A DNA stretch of 64,000 nt from a virus (lineage: Duplodnaviria > Caudoviricetes), in the IMG/VR virus record IMGVR_UViG_3300028048_000045, positions 160,001 to 224,000 of that record. The stretch is one strand, 5' to 3'. This document shows positions 59,082-64,000 of the stretch, in pieces; position 1 is the stretch's first letter; each line of letters starts with the position of its first letter. Made by a program: the position numbers and the translations under genes. The notes under the pieces are model-generated. The model was not told where the DNA came from, searched no databases, and worked only from the letters and a program-made list of their open reading frames with translations.

Positions 59082-59594
59082 TTACACAACTGGTGTTATT
59101 GGATCTATACCGTTATCATCATTAGATGCTTCAATTGGTACAGATTCATCGGTTATTTGAGAATTTGAATTATTTTCACAAAAGTTTTCTACAAGAGCAG
59201 CTCCTACACCTAATATTACAGCCCAAGCATCTTTTCGACGTTGATCTATCATTTTCATAGTTTCGGCATCTCGCTCTCGTTGCCATTTAGCATTCTCAGC
59301 TTCTTGTTCACGTTGATATTTTGTTAATTCGAATTCACGCTCGCGTTGATATTTGGTCAATTCAAATTCCTTAACACTTTGATATTTAGATAATTCGAAT
59401 TCACGTTCACGCTGTAAATTAAGAGATTCGAATTCTTTATCTCTTTGTTTACCAGCTTCAGCAAACATAGTTTCCTGAATTCTAGCTTTATATTCGAGAT
59501 AAATTTTAAAGCTTTCAGGATTTTTAGATAGCTCCATTTCTTCTGGAGTTAATGTAAATTTGTTTTCATTAAGAATTGTTTCATTAGAATCCAT
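59082..59594 (-). CDS. coiled-coil repeat protein with C-terminal hydrophobic helix (paralog B)
   Basis: 11-aa QREREFELTKY repeats and RRKDAWAVILGVGAA; start MDSNE after AAGGAG RBS. Confidence 0.75.
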   Translation of the reverse strand: MDSNETILNENKFTLTPEEMELSKNPESFKIYLEYKARIQETMFAEAGKQRDKEFESLNLQREREFELSKYQSVKEFELTKYQREREFELTKYQREQEAENAKWQRERDAETMKMIDQRRKDAWAVILGVGAALVENFCENNSNSQITDESVPIEASNDDNGIDPITPVV

Positions 59595-59709
59595 AAAGAT
59601 TTTCTCCTTATACATTAATAATAATTCAGAATTCATACGAATTCTTTACATTATAATAATATATAAAGAAAAAAAAAAGAAGGAAATTTCTCTCCTTCTT
59701 TAATAAAAC

Positions 59710-60039
59710 TTAAAGATATTTCATTTCTTTAAGTCTTTTCTTAAGTTGTTTTAACATTCCAGGATGATAATCTTCGATATACTCTTCACAATTATCACCT
59801 TCTTCTTTAGAGAATGTAAAATCTTCTGTTCCAGTATGCCAACCCCAAACAACATCAATCACACCATCGATGATTTTAAATGTAAAAGTTATTTCATTAT
59901 GTAACGTATATGACTTTCCATTTATTATAGCTGATTGACACATAGCTGTGAAATTTTTATGCTCAGGTATTTCTTGTACAGTAATTTCATACTCTACAGT
60001 TTTTGGTACAGAATAAACTATTCCTTCGCCTTTCTCCAT
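59710..60039 (-). CDS. hypothetical protein
   Basis: 109 aa, GGAGG RBS. Confidence 0.65.
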   Translation of the reverse strand: MEKGEGIVYSVPKTVEYEITVQEIPEHKNFTAMCQSAIINGKSYTLHNEITFTFKIIDGVIDVVWGWHTGTEDFTFSKEEGDNCEEYIEDYHPGMLKQLKKRLKEMKYL

Positions 60040-60485
60040 TTTGATAATACCTCCTCAGTTCTTTCAAAAACATATTTGGAAAATTTAGTATTTAAAATAT
60101 CTAGAATTTTAGATTTATCGACTCCTAACTTTTCCATAATAATTTTAAATCGTGATGCGCTTATTAAATTTCCTTTTTCAATAGCTCTTCGCATATTACG
60201 GTATTCAGTTTCAGTGTCAAATAATTCTCTAAATTGTTTTGAAGTAAAATCTTTCAGAGCTTTTTTAACTTCGATTAGTAAAAAATCATCATTAGATTTT
60301 ATTTCCAAATCAAGTGGCTTTTCAATAGTTCTTACATATAATGTACCATCGATATTGTAACAACATTTACATTTTGGAAGATCTTTTGGATCTTTAATAT
60401 TTCCAAGATATCGAAATAGTTCATTTTTGTATTCGAACATATCCCCAGCATTTAATTTTATTTCAATTATGTCATCCATAATCAC
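60018..60485 (-). CDS. hypothetical protein, possible HTH at C-terminus
   Basis: 155 aa, GGAGG RBS. Confidence 0.6.
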   Translation of the reverse strand: MIMDDIIEIKLNAGDMFEYKNELFRYLGNIKDPKDLPKCKCCYNIDGTLYVRTIEKPLDLEIKSNDDFLLIEVKKALKDFTSKQFRELFDTETEYRNMRRAIEKGNLISASRFKIIMEKLGVDKSKILDILNTKFSKYVFERTEEVLSKWRKAKE

Positions 60486-60558
60486 TTACCTCCATAATTA
60501 TAATATATAAAATAAAAATATAAAGATAGGTGGAATATTCCACCTATCTATGGTTTAA

Positions 60559-61158
60559 TTAGTTAGATCCAGTTGATCCATGTCCATTTTCACCACGTCC
60601 ATTAAGGAATTTATCTTCAGAAAATTCTTCAACTTCGTGGAATTTAGCATGCTTAACTGGAGCAAATACAAGCTGAGCAAAACGTTCACCATGTTTAATA
60701 GTGAGTGTCTTTGGAACTTTTCCATTTTCATCAGCTTTAAGAACTGCTGTCGGGATAAGATAAACATTAACTTTAATTTCTCCACGATAGTCAGCATCAA
60801 TTGTTCCAGGAGTATTTGTAATTGTAAGTCCCTGTGATCCGAGACCAGAACGAGGTCTAACCTGTGCTTCAAATCCGAGAGGAATTTTAACACCGATTCC
60901 AGATGGAACAAGTGGAGCAAAATCTCCAGGCTTAAGAACCAAATCAGGACCAGCATTACGAATATCGCAGCCTGCAGCAGGACTTGTTTTATATTCAGGT
61001 AAAAACCGTTCCTTATCCTCACCATCATAGAAATATTTTACTTCTACGTGGAACTTACGCTTAAATTTACGGCGATTTTTAAAGAACGGTCTACGTCTTG
61101 TTTCATTTGATGTTGTTTCTTCAACATTGTCCATTGTCTCTTTCTTTTCCATTTTCAA
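60559..61158 (-). CDS. dut: trimeric dUTPase
   Basis: AAGCD, RPRSGLG, PGTIDADYRGEI, GERFAQLV, RGENGHGSTG. Confidence 0.95.
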   Translation of the reverse strand: MKMEKKETMDNVEETTSNETRRRPFFKNRRKFKRKFHVEVKYFYDGEDKERFLPEYKTSPAAGCDIRNAGPDLVLKPGDFAPLVPSGIGVKIPLGFEAQVRPRSGLGSQGLTITNTPGTIDADYRGEIKVNVYLIPTAVLKADENGKVPKTLTIKHGERFAQLVFAPVKHAKFHEVEEFSEDKFLNGRGENGHGSTGSN

Positions 61159-61185
61159 TTTCCTCCGAAAATGATTTATATTAAT

Positions 61186-61836
61186 TTAATCGTTTAAAAA
61201 TTTAAATTTACCAGCTTTAATAAGCCATGAAAGACCAAAGCAAAGCTGTGCAACAGTTTCAAGAATAAGAGTTATGTATCCTGGCCATTTAAGAATAGAT
61301 TTAAGAAAAATAAAAACTCCACATATTACCATGATAATCGCCAATGCAAAATATAGAAGATTTCTAAATTTCTTTTTATCTGTTATTTCACCAGATGATT
61401 TTGTAAAACGTAATATCATTACTAAGAAACATCCGTATAATGACAATGCCGAAATACCATGAATAACACATGAAATAATATTAGGTAGGCAGAATAGACC
61501 AACTAATTGGAATTTATCTGTACACGAATATAACTGTGTAGGGAAAGCAATAGTCATAAATGAAAATACTGCACATAGTTTAGTTACAATATTATCTACT
61601 TTATCATATCCTTCATATGCCCAGAAATAAATTCCTGTTGTAAACAGTAATCCAATAAGAATTACATTACTGTTTGCAAAGAATGTTGCAGAAATACTGT
61701 ACCACCATGTTGGAGAATTACATTTTGTAATAGCTCCAAGCAATCCAAAACCAATTGAAACAAATGGTAAAACTGTACATAACCAACCAAGGATAAACTG
61801 TTGTTTTCTCATTGTTTTTTCTTCTAATTCAGTCAT
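61186..61836 (-). CDS. multi-pass membrane protein (DUF998/Frag1-like)
   Basis: Six hydrophobic helices; SIS, FPT, IH, E..A motifs. Confidence 0.65.
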   Translation of the reverse strand: MTELEEKTMRKQQFILGWLCTVLPFVSIGFGLLGAITKCNSPTWWYSISATFFANSNVILIGLLFTTGIYFWAYEGYDKVDNIVTKLCAVFSFMTIAFPTQLYSCTDKFQLVGLFCLPNIISCVIHGISALSLYGCFLVMILRFTKSSGEITDKKKFRNLLYFALAIIMVICGVFIFLKSILKWPGYITLILETVAQLCFGLSWLIKAGKFKFLND

Positions 61837-61862
61837 AATTTTTTCTCCTTATATGATTAGAA

Positions 61863-62726
61863 TTATTTTTTTAAATATGGATTTCTAAGGAAAAGAGATT
61901 CAACATATGGAAGATTTTTGAAATATACATTAATCAAAACTCTCCATTCTTTAAGTTTGTGTCCCATCCTCCAGACATCCATATTCTTAATTACTTGATA
62001 ATTAAGTTTAATAGTTCTTTTCTGTTCGAAACCAACAAGATTCATTTTACTAAGAATTCTTGTTTTTTCAATTACAGATAACGATTCATCATTAACAATT
62101 TCGTTAAGAATTGGTAACCATTTTTCTTCAATATTCTTAATATCTTTTTCACGAAGATCTGCGGTAGAAATATTTTCAATAGTAATAGGATGTTTTGTAA
62201 TTGTATGCATAGTTGAGCATGAATTAGCAACTGTTCCTACTTTATAAGTATCGAATTCTTTCCAGAAATCAAAAGATGCTGTAATATCAAGAGTTACTGT
62301 AATATCACGAAGATATTTAGAATTTGGTTCTCCACCATTAATTGTTGTCTGATCATGTGATATCAATCTCTGCATAAGATCTATATCATTTTTACCAATG
62401 ATAGCAACTCTATCAGTTTCAACATTAATGTTGTGATTGTATTCTGGATATTTTTCAGAATCAATTACAGATTTATTAATATTGTAAGTTTGAGTCCAAG
62501 GATTATAATGGATACATTCATTTGTTTTTTCAACAACATGAGTAAGTGTATCGCCTTGAGAAAACAATTTAACTGGATAAGTTTTTAATTTGTTTTCAAA
62601 TTCCTGAGTTCCTGGAATGACATTTGGAACAATATAGCTATCAGCTTTATCCCAAGAATCGTAAGCATTACGCATTCCACGCATTGCTTCTTCCATTCCA
62701 ACGACTTTTAAATGTTCAACTTTCAT
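61863..62726 (-). CDS. ThyX-like (flavin-dependent thymidylate synthase family) protein
   Basis: RGMRN..SWDKADS, KYLR.I, FWKEFDTYKVGTVANSCSTMH, LNY...R.GHKLKEW; resembles phage Thy1-like proteins but the canonical RHRxxS motif is diverged. Confidence 0.65.
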   Translation of the reverse strand: MKVEHLKVVGMEEAMRGMRNAYDSWDKADSYIVPNVIPGTQEFENKLKTYPVKLFSQGDTLTHVVEKTNECIHYNPWTQTYNINKSVIDSEKYPEYNHNINVETDRVAIIGKNDIDLMQRLISHDQTTINGGEPNSKYLRDITVTLDITASFDFWKEFDTYKVGTVANSCSTMHTITKHPITIENISTADLREKDIKNIEEKWLPILNEIVNDESLSVIEKTRILSKMNLVGFEQKRTIKLNYQVIKNMDVWRMGHKLKEWRVLINVYFKNLPYVESLFLRNPYLKK

Positions 62727-62745
62727 TTATCGTTTCTCCTTAAAA

Positions 62746-63351
62746 CTAAGTTGTAATTTTAATAAAATTATGCGGTGTAAGAACTATTTCAAAGTGTAAA
62801 TGAATACCTGTGGCTAAACCAGTATCTCCAATTACACCAATTTTCTGACCCTGCTTAACTTTTTCACCAGTATGTACAACTGTATCACTCATATGAGCAT
62901 AAACAGTATAAGTTCCATTATCATGTTGTAATACAATATATCCGCCATAAACAGGGTGACCTTTATAATATCCGTTCGGAGCTGGCCAATGTTCTATAAC
63001 AATTCCGTCAGCAGCAGCTTTAATTTCTGTATTTTTAGAAATTCCTACTAAATCGTCACCTTTATGAAAAGTTTCAGATGTAATTTCCAAACTTCTAGGT
63101 CCAACTGAAGATGAAACCCATACAGGTTCATTCATAGGCGATTTATAATAATCGTTAAAATATTCATCGATAGTTTTTTCAACAATTACTTCTTTTTCTA
63201 CATATTTAACTTCAGATTTAAAAGCATGTTTACAAATAAAAATAGTAAGACCTAAAGTAGATATCCATAATAGCATAATACTTAAAATATAAGAAATATT
63301 AGTACTTCGATCACTTTTATTACTAAACATTTTAATTAACCTCCATAACAT
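62746..63351 (-). CDS. membrane-anchored M23 peptidase
   Basis: N-terminal TM, HKGDD, YAHM, TGIHLHFE. Confidence 0.9.
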   Translation of the reverse strand: MLWRLIKMFSNKSDRSTNISYILSIMLLWISTLGLTIFICKHAFKSEVKYVEKEVIVEKTIDEYFNDYYKSPMNEPVWVSSSVGPRSLEITSETFHKGDDLVGISKNTEIKAAADGIVIEHWPAPNGYYKGHPVYGGYIVLQHDNGTYTVYAHMSDTVVHTGEKVKQGQKIGVIGDTGLATGIHLHFEIVLTPHNFIKITT

Positions 63352-63450
63352 TAAGTATAAGTGATATATTTAAATATGCGATAATATTTATAAAAATATA
63401 AAACTGGTGGAGCTGCCTAAGCTCCACCGTCAATTAGAAAACATTGGTAA

Positions 63451-64000
63451 TTATTTGCAAAGAATAGCTAATTCTTTTGTTATATCAAAAGATGCTAAAC
63501 TTAAATAATCTTTAATAAGCATATCATTATAAATACCAATTGAAGCTTTTCCAAACAGTAACATAATGATAAAACTAATAGAATGATCTAAACAGAATGC
63601 ACTGTTTTTATTCATTCTCTGAGTAAATTTCATATTAAAGATATTTGCATTAAATTCTGTAGGTTTAATAAAGTTAGGGAATTCTTCACAAAGAATATCA
63701 CACAAAATATCAATAGGGAATTTATCATTATAATTAGCAGATGATGTGAAATCTTTATTAGTCATAATAAAGTTAGATTCACTCATAACAGCATTTTTAT
63801 CTTGAATTAATCTTGATTTTAATGCATATTTAATAGCATCATCATGAGAAATATCAAACATAACTTCCATACAATATGTTTGAAGAATCATTTGAAGTTT
63901 ATTCCAATCTGTTCTAGATGTCTGAATAATAGGGAACATATTATCAATGATTTTAGAATTGATCAATGCATAACATTCTGCCACTTTAGTTACTAAAGAT
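63451..64000 (-). CDS. hypothetical protein, C-terminal part (frame stays open to window end)
   Basis: ORF 63451-63984 has no in-frame stop between its listed start and position 64000. Confidence 0.65.
   Translation of the reverse strand, partial: SLVTKVAECYALINSKIIDNMFPIIQTSRTDWNKLQMILQTYCMEVMFDISHDDAIKYALKSRLIQDKNAVMSESNFIMTNKDFTSSANYNDKFPIDILCDILCEEFPNFIKPTEFNANIFNMKFTQRMNKNSAFCLDHSISFIIMLLFGKASIGIYNDMLIKDYLSLASFDITKELAILCK

Noticed and set aside
2448-61462. Many short overlapping or antisense ORFs (e.g. 20619-21116, 21931-22404, 59935-60360, 60555-61028)
   Set aside because: Shadow frames of well-supported genes, with no RBS or recognisable motifs.
1-64000. Phage nucleus (chimallin) or PhuZ tubulin genes
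   Set aside because: No recognisable motif in this window; presence elsewhere in the genome cannot be judged.

Overview
Very AT-rich segment of a jumbo bacteriophage of the phiKZ/AR9-like group, with most genes on the minus strand and the standard genetic code. Core genes: RecA-like recombinase (partial), probable virion proteins, split multisubunit RNA polymerase subunits (beta' N half with the DFDGD motif, beta N half, probable promoter-specificity subunit), NAD-dependent DNA ligase, split family B DNA polymerase, Dda/RecD-like helicase, GyrB-type topoisomerase, dUTPase, ThyX-like protein, QueC-like ATPase, HD hydrolase, M23 peptidase, two HNH endonucleases and a tRNA/ncRNA cluster. Two features stand out. 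(1) A TIGR-Tas-like RNA-guided locus (52.6-54.4 kb): a nuclease-less Nop/IS110-like protein flanked on both sides by 37-nt dual-repeat, dual-spacer arrays, several of whose spacers contain TTGACA. (2) A 45-nt, stop-containing, self-pairing insertion that splits the helicase Walker A motif between matched Ala codons, a candidate translational bypass element next to a free-standing homing endonuclease. Also seen: unexplained structured ncRNAs, a tRNA-like gene with a possible UCA anticodon, and repeated promoter-leader cassettes. All calls come from reading motifs by eye; no database searches were run.
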